Origin: Clostridia bacterium
Lineage (GTDB): Bacteria; Bacillota; Clostridia; Oscillospirales; CAG-272
Direction of reading: 5' to 3'
NCBI GenBank assembly: GCA_017623975.1
Contig: JAGANX010000037.1
Span: 310 to 64,309 of the forward strand
Length of the DNA: 64,000 bases
A program made the translations under genes and the position numbers. The notes beneath the pieces were generated by a model. The model was not told where the DNA came from, ran no database searches, and was given only the letters and a program-made list of their open reading frames with translations. Numbering within the stretch: the stretch's first letter is position 1; each line of letters opens with the position of its first letter. This document shows, piece by piece, positions 9,068 through 17,534 of this stretch.

Positions 9068-9694
9068 ATGATAAAAACCTTTGATTGTGGGTTGCTTGAC
9101 ACAAATACTTATGTTGTTTGGGAAGAAATTTCCCGTGAGTGTATGATAGTTGATTGCGGTGTTGAGCCTAAGATTGTTTTACCCTTTATAGAGGAGCAAA
9201 ATCTTTCAGTTAAATACATTGTTCTAACACACTCCCATTTTGACCACGCGCACTATGTAGAGGAATATGAAAAGCTGTTTTTCGGTGCGCAGGTTATTTG
9301 TCATGAAAATGAAAAGCCCTTGCTTTTTGACCCTGACGGTAACCTTTCCTCTCATATAGGTACGCCACGGGCGTATAGCTGCAACTACACCTATGTAAAA
9401 GAGGGCGATTTTCTTGTTTTAGGAGAAAAAAGTGGGGAGGAGTGTATGAATTTTCAAGTTTTAAACACTCCCGGTCATACTCCCGGTTGCATTTGCTTGT
9501 ATGACGAAAAACACAAAATTATGTTCACAGGGGACACTCTTTTTAAAAGAAGCTACGGGCGAACAGACTTTAAATACGGAGATATGCAACAGATGTATTT
9601 TTCCTTGCGCCGTCTTTACAGAATGGATAAGGATATCACCTTTTACCCGGGACACTACGAGCCCTCTACCATTGGAGAGGAAACAAAACGATAA
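9068..9694 (+). CDS. MBL-fold metallo-hydrolase (hydroxyacylglutathione-hydrolase-like)
   Basis: HSHFDHAH metal-binding motif and TPGHTPG. I prefer ATG 9068 (GGAGG at 9058-9062) over the track's TTG at 9056. Confidence 0.8.
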   Translation: MIKTFDCGLLDTNTYVVWEEISRECMIVDCGVEPKIVLPFIEEQNLSVKYIVLTHSHFDHAHYVEEYEKLFFGAQVICHENEKPLLFDPDGNLSSHIGTPRAYSCNYTYVKEGDFLVLGEKSGEECMNFQVLNTPGHTPGCICLYDEKHKIMFTGDTLFKRSYGRTDFKYGDMQQMYFSLRRLYRMDKDITFYPGHYEPSTIGEETKR

Positions 9695-9723
9695 ACAAAA
9701 AGTCGGCAATTGCCGACTTTTTT
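9695..9723. terminator. Bidirectional intrinsic terminator between convergent genes
   Basis: Perfect palindrome AGTCGGCAATTGCCGACT (9701-9718) flanked by an A-run and a T-run. Confidence 0.8.
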
Positions 9724-10762
9724 AGTTTTGCTGTTCTTCCATATCCTGAGATAGTTCTCTTTGCTCTGAATGGAATTTATCTGCTCTTTTTCTTGAAAGC
9801 TCACTTGTGTGATATTCCTTCTCATCAGGATAATTAATAACAACCTGTGGGAATGCAATATCTATGTTGTTTTCTTTCAAAATCATCCTATATTCACGGA
9901 GCATGTCTCTTTCAACCTGGAATCTAAATTCCTCCTCGCACTTTGCAACTATTTTAATAGTTACATTGGAGTCTTTGTACATACAAACGCCTTTGTAATA
10001 CGGACCTTCCACAATATCAGGTATGTTTAATTTTATTCTTTCCAAGTTGTTTTTGATAAGATTTTCCACAAGTTCAAGGGGAACGTCATATGGGAAGTCA
10101 CAATCCGCAACAGCCAAAGACAGCTCTCGTGACAAGTTGACAACATCGCCTATTGCACTATTATTAATTATCAAAATATTACCTGCGGCATCCAAAAGCT
10201 TAGTAGAACGAATACCTATTTCAATAACTGTGCCACGGAAATTATTTATTGAAATTATCTCACCCACATTATACTCATTTTCAAAAATAATAAATATTCC
10301 TGCAATTATGTCTGCAATAAGCGGCTGTGCGCCAAGACCGACAACAAGAGTTAAAACTCCAACGGATGCTATAAGTGCCGTTGTATCAACACCGCAAGCT
10401 CTTAATATCAAAATTATAATGGCGATAGCACAAGCATATTTTACAAAGCCGTCAAGCAAAGCAAATATTGTTTTTGTGCGGTTGCTTTTTCTCATCCTTG
10501 CCCTGAAAAATACCCTTATCAGCTTGCAAATAGCATAAACGAAAACTATGTAAATTAAGCTATTGATAAGTGTGGGGATGTGCGCCCTTATTGTCGCCCC
10601 TGTTTTTGTAATGTCCCACACATTTTCCTTCATCCACACAGAAATTTCAGCATTTGGTGCTGCAAGCTCTATTATTATGCAGGTAAGAAACGCCAATAGG
10701 AACAAAGAAATTATCGCCATTTCTACCCAAAAGAATACTTTTTTATTTTTTCTGTTTTCCAT
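9722..10762 (-). CDS. Mechanosensitive ion channel family protein (MscS-like)
   Basis: 346 aa with N-terminal TM helices. The conserved pore/beta-domain stretch is LIADIIAGIFIIFENEYNVGEIISINNFRGTVIEIGIRSTKL. Confidence 0.85.
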   Translation of the reverse strand: MENRKNKKVFFWVEMAIISLFLLAFLTCIIIELAAPNAEISVWMKENVWDITKTGATIRAHIPTLINSLIYIVFVYAICKLIRVFFRARMRKSNRTKTIFALLDGFVKYACAIAIIILILRACGVDTTALIASVGVLTLVVGLGAQPLIADIIAGIFIIFENEYNVGEIISINNFRGTVIEIGIRSTKLLDAAGNILIINNSAIGDVVNLSRELSLAVADCDFPYDVPLELVENLIKNNLERIKLNIPDIVEGPYYKGVCMYKDSNVTIKIVAKCEEEFRFQVERDMLREYRMILKENNIDIAFPQVVINYPDEKEYHTSELSRKRADKFHSEQRELSQDMEEQQN

Positions 10763-10777
10763 ATTTTTCTCCTATCA

Positions 10778-12886
10778 TTAAACTGTAAATTCATACAGGC
10801 GATACAGTGAGCCCTTAATTTGAACATGTTCTATTATTTTATCGTAAAAATATTGTTCCTGATTTTCCATTAAGTATAACCAAACGCCTATTAGCTCGCC
10901 CTCGCCTTGATAGTCATCATTAATTATACAAGCTCCGTTTTCACTATCCTGAACTATCATTTCTTCATCGGCGATTATTTTCTCACCTGTGGAATACACA
11001 AGAGTTATGTTATTAAAATCGCAGCTCATGTTTTCAACAAGGGATATTACAACTTCGTTCCCATCATAATCAACCGTTGGCATCGAATACGGTACCTCTC
11101 CCACAGCACCAGAGGGGGTCATGGATAGCGTAACATACCTAACTCCGTCTATTTCCTTACAAATCGTATATGTAAGCCCGTAAGTGTCGCAAGGGATATT
11201 TTCGACTTTAAAAATATAGTCCTTCATTTTATAAGCCTTGTCAATTATAAGCTCGCAATACAAATCAGGGTCAGTTGTCGTAAATTCCGTACAAAAATAT
11301 GCATTCATAGTGTTATCATCATTGTACGATAAAACAACGTCAGATGGGTTGCAAAAGTGTATAGAATACTCACTCTTTTGAACGGTGTAGTCTGCAACGA
11401 AAGAGCCGCTTTCATATAAAATTGTTCCCTTTGAATCTTTTACGTAATATGAATACGAAACAGTTCCTTGCTTTGACTCCCAGCTTATTTGACTTTGACA
11501 ATATTGGTAGTATTCATCATAAATTGGATACTCAACTTCTTCACCGCTCGTTTCATCCCTCACCACAAGAATAGCATCATTTGGCACAATTCCTACCATT
11601 TTCAAATTAGTCGTGTTGTTTTCTAAGTCTATCCACGGTGATGCTTCAAAGAATTTTTGAATTTCAAAGGTTTTTTCGGTGATAAATATATCCACAGGGT
11701 CGCCCATTTCATCAATACCGCTAAGAACGGCAGCCACCTTCAAGGTTGTATTTTTCTCGCTAACCTCCAAAGAAGTACGTCGCACAGCTTTGGAAGATGC
11801 GGCATCAAATCCTCTTTTATCATAAAGCTCACCGTCAAGATACAAATACAACGTAAGTGTTTCAGCTTTTGGCTCTGCCCAAAGATCCTTATTGACAACG
11901 AAGCTAACGTCAAAAGTATTCATTCCCGTGGCTATCAAATCTAAAATTTCCAAATCGGGCTTAGGAATCGGTGGCTCAGGCGGTTGTACCGGTGGCTCAG
12001 GCGGTTGTACCGATGGTTCCCCAACTGTAAGCTCATTTTCCACCTTATATTCACCCACACAGTACCGTGCTCCTTCAATATCACAGAAAATACGCATTTC
12101 TGTTTCTCCGTGGGGAACATTTCTTACATTTCCCACAAAAAATCCATTTTGCAACACAGTGTCCTTATAGTAAACACTGTCTCCGTTTTTCATTTCAAGC
12201 ACATAATCCTTGCCTCGACCATACCCATCCGACACGTATATGGAATACGATACGGTTGCTGTCTTATCATCTACACTTTCATAGAGAAAAACATCAAAAA
12301 CAGCCGTAGGAGTGTCTATATTTGTGGTATAAAAAACTTCTTTGCATAAGGTGGTCTTCTCTTGATTATTTTTCCCAACTAACAAAAGAGAGTATTTCAT
12401 ATTCGGTTTAAGTCCTGTAACAAGATCGCTGTATTCACCGTTACCGTCAACCTGCTGCTCAAAGGAATGATATGGATTTTCCACAATCAAGCTATACTCC
12501 GTTTCCGAATCAAGATCATCAACACTGACACAGTATTCTACATAATCGGCACCTGTGTTAAGCTCGGTTACATCAAGCCTTGGAGATGGAGAGAAAACAT
12601 TTACGCATACCGTTACCGCTGCAACTGCCACCGTAACAATTGAAACAACGGTTGTTGATACGGTTGTTGCGGCAGTTGACATTTTTTCTATCAACCGTTT
12701 AAACGGATTTGCTTTTTTGCGCGTCTTTTTAATGTTCTTAATTTCCGGTTTAAATTCGTGACCGTCACTTGATATTTCTCCGCCTGTTTCGTTAATATAT
12801 GCTGTTTTATTATAAAGCTCGGATTTAAAAGCCTTATGCTCCTCAAAGCGATTATACTCACCACAAACATAATATTCACCCATCAA
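10778..12886 (-). CDS. Single-pass membrane protein with repeated beta-sandwich (FN3/Ig-like) ectodomains; function unknown
   Basis: 702 aa. A ~70-aa cytoplasmic head precedes the TM segment AATTVSTTVVSIVTVAVAAVTVCVNVF. Several ~90-100 aa repeats and a PPEPPVQ-PPEPPVQ linker follow. It lies 15 nt upstream of the MscS gene. Confidence 0.6.
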   Translation of the reverse strand: MMGEYYVCGEYNRFEEHKAFKSELYNKTAYINETGGEISSDGHEFKPEIKNIKKTRKKANPFKRLIEKMSTAATTVSTTVVSIVTVAVAAVTVCVNVFSPSPRLDVTELNTGADYVEYCVSVDDLDSETEYSLIVENPYHSFEQQVDGNGEYSDLVTGLKPNMKYSLLLVGKNNQEKTTLCKEVFYTTNIDTPTAVFDVFLYESVDDKTATVSYSIYVSDGYGRGKDYVLEMKNGDSVYYKDTVLQNGFFVGNVRNVPHGETEMRIFCDIEGARYCVGEYKVENELTVGEPSVQPPEPPVQPPEPPIPKPDLEILDLIATGMNTFDVSFVVNKDLWAEPKAETLTLYLYLDGELYDKRGFDAASSKAVRRTSLEVSEKNTTLKVAAVLSGIDEMGDPVDIFITEKTFEIQKFFEASPWIDLENNTTNLKMVGIVPNDAILVVRDETSGEEVEYPIYDEYYQYCQSQISWESKQGTVSYSYYVKDSKGTILYESGSFVADYTVQKSEYSIHFCNPSDVVLSYNDDNTMNAYFCTEFTTTDPDLYCELIIDKAYKMKDYIFKVENIPCDTYGLTYTICKEIDGVRYVTLSMTPSGAVGEVPYSMPTVDYDGNEVVISLVENMSCDFNNITLVYSTGEKIIADEEMIVQDSENGACIINDDYQGEGELIGVWLYLMENQEQYFYDKIIEHVQIKGSLYRLYEFTV
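11970..12011. repeat. Perfect tandem duplication of a 21-bp unit inside the 702-aa CDS
   Basis: ggtggctcaggcggttgtacc occurs twice back to back (11970-11990, 11991-12011). It encodes PPEPPVQ twice on the minus strand. Confidence 0.9.
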
Positions 12887-13058
12887 GCCCCCCTCCTTTT
12901 CGTCAGTTTATCTACTTAAATTATACCAAATAGTACAAATTCCGTCAATATTTATGATGAAATTTAAATTTGCGAAAATTTCAATTTTCTGTGTTGTATT
13001 TCTTGCAGTTTTATAGTATAATTAAAAAAGTACGTTATTTTTTAAAAGGAGGGGTTTT

Positions 13059-14624
13059 ATGCGTCTTTTATACGGTTCTATTAATGAGGCACTGCACTCT
13101 GTTTTGCCTATTTGCGCCATAGTTTTATTGCTTTCAATATCCCTCTCACCTGTTATGCCGGGCGTTATGGTTATGTTTTTGTTCGGCGCTATGCTTATAA
13201 TTTTCGGCATGAGCATTTTTACAATAGGCTCATCAATTTCCATGGAGCCTCTTGGTGAAGGCATAGGTATTCAATTAAGCAAATCAAGAAAGAAGGTTTT
13301 GCCTGTCTTTATTTGCTTTATTGTCGGTGTACTTATCACTATTGCAGAGCCTGACTTAACCGTGCTTGCGGAAAAGGTGCCCTCCATTAACAACTGGGTA
13401 CTTATTATGTTGGTTGCTTTGGGCGTTGGCATATTTTTGGCGGTTGCTTTTTTAAAAGCCCGCTTCAAAATTAAGCTTGCACATATTTTAGTACCTCTTT
13501 ATGCCTTGGTTTTAATTTTGGCTTGCTTGCCATACATACCTGGCTTGAATATTGGCTCTAAGGAATTTATACCTACCGCCTTTGACTCCGGCGGTGTTAC
13601 AACAGGTCCTATTACCGTTCCTTTTATTATGGCTCTCGGTGCCGGTCTTGCATCTATGCGTAAGGATAAGCACTCTGCCGAGGACAGCTTTGGTCTTGTT
13701 GCCCTTTGCTCCATCGGTCCTATTTTATCCGTTATGGTTCTTAGCTTGATTGCTAAGCCAAATCCTGTAAATGATACGGCTGAAACAATTATTGAGAATG
13801 TTAACACACGCCAAGCCTTTTTAAAGTTTTTAGACCCTCACACAGGCATTTTAAAATATTTTGAAGAGGTTACACTTGCCTTCTTGCCTATTGTTGGTAT
13901 GTTCATTGTTTATCAGCTTATATTTAAGAGATTTAACAAGCTCCAAGTAATCAGAATTTGTATAGGCTTTTCATATACATATTTCGGACTTGTTCTTTTC
14001 TTGACAGGTGCTAACGTTGGCTTTATGCCTGCCGGTCAGCTTATCGGTGAGGTTATTGCAAATAGCAGTTTTAAATTTGCCCTTATTCCTATCGGTATGC
14101 TGCTTGGCTACTTTGTTGTTTCTGCTGAGCCTGCGGTGCATTCCCTTAAAAAGCAGGTTGCAGAGGTTACAAACGGTGCTATTTCTCAGCGGTCAATCGG
14201 TCTTGCCCTCTCTATCGGTGTTGCGGTATCAGTTGGCTTGGCTATGATTAGAGTTTTAACAGGCGTTTCTATTTTGCCGATTATAATAATCGGTTACATT
14301 ATTCCTCTTGTTATTACATTTTTTGTTCCGCCAATCTACACAGGTATCGCTTTCGACTCCGGTGGAGTTGCATCAGGTCCTATGGCAACAACCTTTATCC
14401 TTCCTTTTGCAATCGGTGCTTGCAATGCCCTTGGCGGTAATGTAATGACTGATGCCTTCGGTATTGTTGCTATGATTGCTATGACTCCGCTTATCACTAT
14501 CCAGGTTCTTGGCTTAATTGGCAAAACAAGACAGGACAGAATGATGAAGCGCATCCACAGCGAAATTGAACAAATTGATGACGGTATTCTTTACTACGAT
14601 GAGGAGGTGCAATCAAATGATTAA
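13059..14624 (+). CDS. Internally duplicated polytopic membrane protein of the DUF1538 type (putative transporter)
   Basis: 521 aa with many TM helices. The two halves share TIAEPDLTVLA / VSAEPAVHSL and AFDSGGVTTGPITVPF (from 13578) / AFDSGGVASGPMATTF (from 14349). The family name is from memory. Confidence 0.7.
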   Translation: MRLLYGSINEALHSVLPICAIVLLLSISLSPVMPGVMVMFLFGAMLIIFGMSIFTIGSSISMEPLGEGIGIQLSKSRKKVLPVFICFIVGVLITIAEPDLTVLAEKVPSINNWVLIMLVALGVGIFLAVAFLKARFKIKLAHILVPLYALVLILACLPYIPGLNIGSKEFIPTAFDSGGVTTGPITVPFIMALGAGLASMRKDKHSAEDSFGLVALCSIGPILSVMVLSLIAKPNPVNDTAETIIENVNTRQAFLKFLDPHTGILKYFEEVTLAFLPIVGMFIVYQLIFKRFNKLQVIRICIGFSYTYFGLVLFLTGANVGFMPAGQLIGEVIANSSFKFALIPIGMLLGYFVVSAEPAVHSLKKQVAEVTNGAISQRSIGLALSIGVAVSVGLAMIRVLTGVSILPIIIIGYIIPLVITFFVPPIYTGIAFDSGGVASGPMATTFILPFAIGACNALGGNVMTDAFGIVAMIAMTPLITIQVLGLIGKTRQDRMMKRIHSEIEQIDDGILYYDEEVQSND

Positions 14625-15291
14625 CGAAGAAAGAATTGTATCTCTGCTCTCCATTGTAGGACGAGGTAAGGGCGCACAGTATATTAGAATGGTTAAGGAA
14701 AAGGGCTTGTACCTAAACTACCAGTTTGTGGGCGCAGGCACAGCTTCATCAGAAATGATGGATATTTTGGGGCTTGGAACCAACAACAAGGACATTATGC
14801 TTAGCTTTGGTACATACAAGGCTGTTGATAAGCTATGCGGTGAATTTAGCAAGGCTATTGGAACAAGCGGAAGCTACGGTGGAATCGCAATGGTTATTTC
14901 CCCCTCTGCATTTAGCAGAATTACAGCAGAAATTATAAAACGAAACAGTAAGGATATTGAGAAAGGAGATGGCAACAATATGCACAGCGAATTTGATTAC
15001 AGTTTAATTCTTATTTCAGTAAACCGTGGTTACACCGATGCTGTTATGCAAACTGCAAAGAAGGCAGGGGCAACAGGCGGCACTATTATCAAAGCCCGTT
15101 TGGCGGAAGCACAGGAAATAGAGGCTTATGCTAACACAAAGCTTGATGAGGAAAAGGAAATTGTAACTATTTTAGCTCCTAACAGCATAAGAAACCAAAT
15201 CCTTGAAGATGTAAACCGCGAATACGGTCTTAAATCCGAGGCGCAAGGCACTGTACTTTCTGTGCCTGTTGAAAAGGTTTTTAAAATTTAA
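14617..15291 (+). CDS. Tandem P-II-like (GlnB-fold) signal-transduction protein
   Basis: 224 aa from ATG 14617 (GAGGAGG RBS at 14601-14607); it overlaps the upstream stop by 8 nt. Two ~95-aa halves each look like beta-alpha-beta-beta-alpha-beta P-II-like units (LLSIVGRGKG... and LILISVNRGYTDAVMQTAKKAGATGGTII...). Confidence 0.65.
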   Translation: MINEERIVSLLSIVGRGKGAQYIRMVKEKGLYLNYQFVGAGTASSEMMDILGLGTNNKDIMLSFGTYKAVDKLCGEFSKAIGTSGSYGGIAMVISPSAFSRITAEIIKRNSKDIEKGDGNNMHSEFDYSLILISVNRGYTDAVMQTAKKAGATGGTIIKARLAEAQEIEAYANTKLDEEKEIVTILAPNSIRNQILEDVNREYGLKSEAQGTVLSVPVEKVFKI

Positions 15292-15295
15292 TGAC

Positions 15296-15322
15296 AAAAC
15301 GGCTATCAAATAGCCGTTTTTT
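15296..15322 (+). terminator. Intrinsic terminator after the P-II-like gene
   Basis: aaaacggcta-tcaaa-tagccgtttttt: hairpin plus T-run 5 nt after the stop. Confidence 0.8.
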
Positions 15323-15340
15323 ATTGCTAAAAATTTCCTC

Positions 15341-15369
15341 TTGACAAATTTGATTTTCTTTGTTATAAT
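15341..15369 (+). promoter_or_regulatory. Consensus sigma-A promoter of the LexA-like cassette
   Basis: TTGACA (15341-15346), a 17-nt spacer, then TATAAT (15364-15369). Confidence 0.7.
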
Positions 15370-15372
15370 AAT

Positions 15373-15389
15373 TGGGACAGAGTGTCCCA
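15373..15389. promoter_or_regulatory. Candidate operator: 7-3-7 perfect palindrome TGGGACA-GAG-TGTCCCA
   Basis: Read directly. It starts 4 nt after the -10 hexamer and so overlaps the expected transcription start. Confidence 0.5.
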
Positions 15390-15408
15390 GTTAGTAAAGG
15401 AGATTATT

Positions 15409-16008
15409 ATGGCAGTAAAAAACCAAGTATTGTTTGATAAAATTAAAGCTTGTATTGATAACTTTTTCGACTTAAACGGCTATTCCCCTTCTGTACGTGA
15501 TATTTCCGTTGTTATAGGCACACCGAAAAGTACGGTGCAACGATATCTTGACGCTATGCGAAAATCGGGAATTATTAAAAACGGCAAATACGGTATAGAA
15601 ACAGAACATATATCCAAGACAGAGAGAGCTGTGGTTTGCGTCCCTGTTCTTGGCTTTATCCCTTGCGGTCCTTTAACCGAGGAGGAGGAATATGTGGACA
15701 GCTATATAAAGCTTCCCCGTTCATTCCTTGGCGCAGGTGACTTTTTTATATTAACAGCACACGGTAATTCTATGGTTGAAGCAGGTATTGACGATGGAGA
15801 TTTAGTTGTAGTTAAGCGACAAAATTATGCATCGGGAGGAGATATTATCGTTGCCTTGGCAGACGGCAAAAATACATTAAAGCGGTATTTCCCCGAGCCA
15901 CAGAACAAGCGCATTAGACTGCATCCTGAAAATGCGGAAATGGAAGATTTCTACGTTACCGAGCTTTATATACAGGGTGTGGCGACAAAGGTTATAAAGG
16001 ACTTATAA
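15409..16008 (+). CDS. lexA: LexA-family S24 repressor/autopeptidase (Cys-Gly at the cleavage position)
   Basis: 199 aa from ATG 15409 (AAGGAG RBS). It has a LexA-type wHTH (GYSPSVRDI...STVQRYL) and an S24 dyad (Ser in GNSMVEAGI, Lys in TLKRY). The scissile-site region is VPVLGFIPCGPL. Confidence 0.8.
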   Translation: MAVKNQVLFDKIKACIDNFFDLNGYSPSVRDISVVIGTPKSTVQRYLDAMRKSGIIKNGKYGIETEHISKTERAVVCVPVLGFIPCGPLTEEEEYVDSYIKLPRSFLGAGDFFILTAHGNSMVEAGIDDGDLVVVKRQNYASGGDIIVALADGKNTLKRYFPEPQNKRIRLHPENAEMEDFYVTELYIQGVATKVIKDL

Positions 16009-16265
16009 TGGCGAAATATCAGCGTGTGCCCTTAAATGTTGATGCACTGTTTTTATCAGACGGTACTATAAAGCCGCGAAAAATCATCTTAAAGGACGAG
16101 GTTTTCACAATAGATAAGGTTATTTCGCACAAAAATTACTGCCCAAGAGTCGTACCGTGCGTAGCTCCTGTGGAATATACGGTGACGGTTGAGGGAGTAT
16201 CTAAAAAAATTTATTATGAGCCACACTCGAACATGTGGTTCTCGGTAAAGAGATATGAAAAATAG
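16008..16265 (+). CDS. Small hypothetical protein translationally coupled between the LexA-like and polymerase genes
   Basis: 85 aa. Its start overlaps the LexA stop (TAATG, 16006-16010) and its end overlaps the polymerase start by 11 nt. I recognise no motif. Confidence 0.55.
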   Translation: MAKYQRVPLNVDALFLSDGTIKPRKIILKDEVFTIDKVISHKNYCPRVVPCVAPVEYTVTVEGVSKKIYYEPHSNMWFSVKRYEK

Positions 16266-17487
16266 AGCCATATTACATAGCGATGCCAACTGCTTTTACG
16301 CCTCTTGTGAAATGGTGCTGCAACCGGAGCTTCGGGATAAGGCGATAGCGGTTTGCGGAAATACAGAGGAGCGTCACGGTATTGTTCTTGCAAAAAGCGA
16401 AACGGCAAAGCGCGCAGGGGTGACAACGGGCATGCCCAACTGGGAAGCTAAGAAAAAATGCCCGGATTTAATTATCGTGCCCCCAAGATTTGAATATTAC
16501 GCAAGATTTTCAAAGCTTTTGCGTGGAATATATGAAAGATATACTGATTATATTGAGCCCTTCGGCTTAGATGAATGCTGGCTTGACGTAACAGACAATA
16601 TAAAAAGTCCAATGGAAATTGCCGAAGAAATAAGGCAAGCGGTAAAGGATGAGCTTGGCTTAACCGTTAGTATTGGTGTTTCCTTTAATAAGGTCTTTGC
16701 CAAGCTGGGCAGTGATATGAAAAAGCCGGATGCCATAACAGAAATAAGCCAAGAAAATTTTAAAAGCCTTGTGTGGCCCCTTCCCTGCTCTGAGCTTCTA
16801 TACTGCGGCAGGCAAACTACGCACCAGCTTGAAAAGCTGGCGGTGCATACAATAGGCACTCTTGCCGCCCTTCCCCTTGACTATGTGGAGAAAAAATTCG
16901 GCAAAAACGGACACTCCCTGTGGCTTTTTGCAAACGGACTTGACGAGTCCCGTGTGGCACACAAGGACCATTATGAGCCGCCAAAGTCTATTGGGCACGG
17001 GGTGACCTGTGTTGAAAATTTAGAAAATTATGATGAGGCAAATAAGGTTATAGTTTCCCTTTGCCAAGATATTGGCTATAAGCTGAGAAAGGCTCATCTT
17101 AGTGCCACGGGCGTTTCCTTAACTGTAAAGGACAAAAACTTAGTATGCCAAAGCTATCAGGCAAGGCTAACTGCGCCAACACAGGACGAGCTTACCATTT
17201 CTAAAACTGCATACGAGCTTTTGAAAAAGAATTACGACTTTCGTGAAAAGATAAGGGCGCTCACCGTAACCGCCATAAATCTAACGGATGAGTGTGCGCC
17301 TATACAGGCAATGATGCTTTACGACTATGATGCGGACGAAAAGCGTAGCAAGCTAAACACCGCATTAGATGATTTAAAAAACACCTTTGGCAAGGAGATA
17401 ATAAAGCCCGCCGTTATTTTAGATGAAAATAAAATGCCAAAAAACGCACAAAAGGAAACAATTTTACCGGGAATGATGCATAAATAA
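16255..17487 (+). CDS. Y-family DNA polymerase (DinB/UmuC-like translesion polymerase)
   Basis: 410 aa. The N-terminus ILHSDANCFYASCE and later FGLDECWLDVT are typical Y-family palm motifs. Confidence 0.9.
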   Translation: MKNRAILHSDANCFYASCEMVLQPELRDKAIAVCGNTEERHGIVLAKSETAKRAGVTTGMPNWEAKKKCPDLIIVPPRFEYYARFSKLLRGIYERYTDYIEPFGLDECWLDVTDNIKSPMEIAEEIRQAVKDELGLTVSIGVSFNKVFAKLGSDMKKPDAITEISQENFKSLVWPLPCSELLYCGRQTTHQLEKLAVHTIGTLAALPLDYVEKKFGKNGHSLWLFANGLDESRVAHKDHYEPPKSIGHGVTCVENLENYDEANKVIVSLCQDIGYKLRKAHLSATGVSLTVKDKNLVCQSYQARLTAPTQDELTISKTAYELLKKNYDFREKIRALTVTAINLTDECAPIQAMMLYDYDADEKRSKLNTALDDLKNTFGKEIIKPAVILDENKMPKNAQKETILPGMMHK

Positions 17488-17532
17488 AACACCCTTCTAA
17501 CAAACGGACAAGCCGTGTTGAAGGGCGTTTTT
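17488..17532. terminator. Probable intrinsic terminator between polymerase and the convergent TRIC-like gene
   Basis: AACACCCTTC ... GAAGGGCGTT stem (one mismatch) with a 22-nt loop, followed by TTTTT. Confidence 0.45.
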
Positions 17533-17534
17533 CT

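Noticed and set aside
10023-10538. 171-aa + strand ORF; similar antisense ORFs at 44207-44722, 48361-48885 and 18352-18744
   Set aside because: All lie antisense within well-supported genes (MscS, the 1137-aa lipoprotein, GT2, trmO). They lack RBSs and recognisable motifs.
15292-15408. Canonical Gram-positive SOS (Cheo) box GAAC-N4-GTTC upstream of the LexA-like gene
   Set aside because: I searched the interval by eye and no GAAC...GTTC pair is present. Only the TGGGACA-N3-TGTCCCA palindrome is there.
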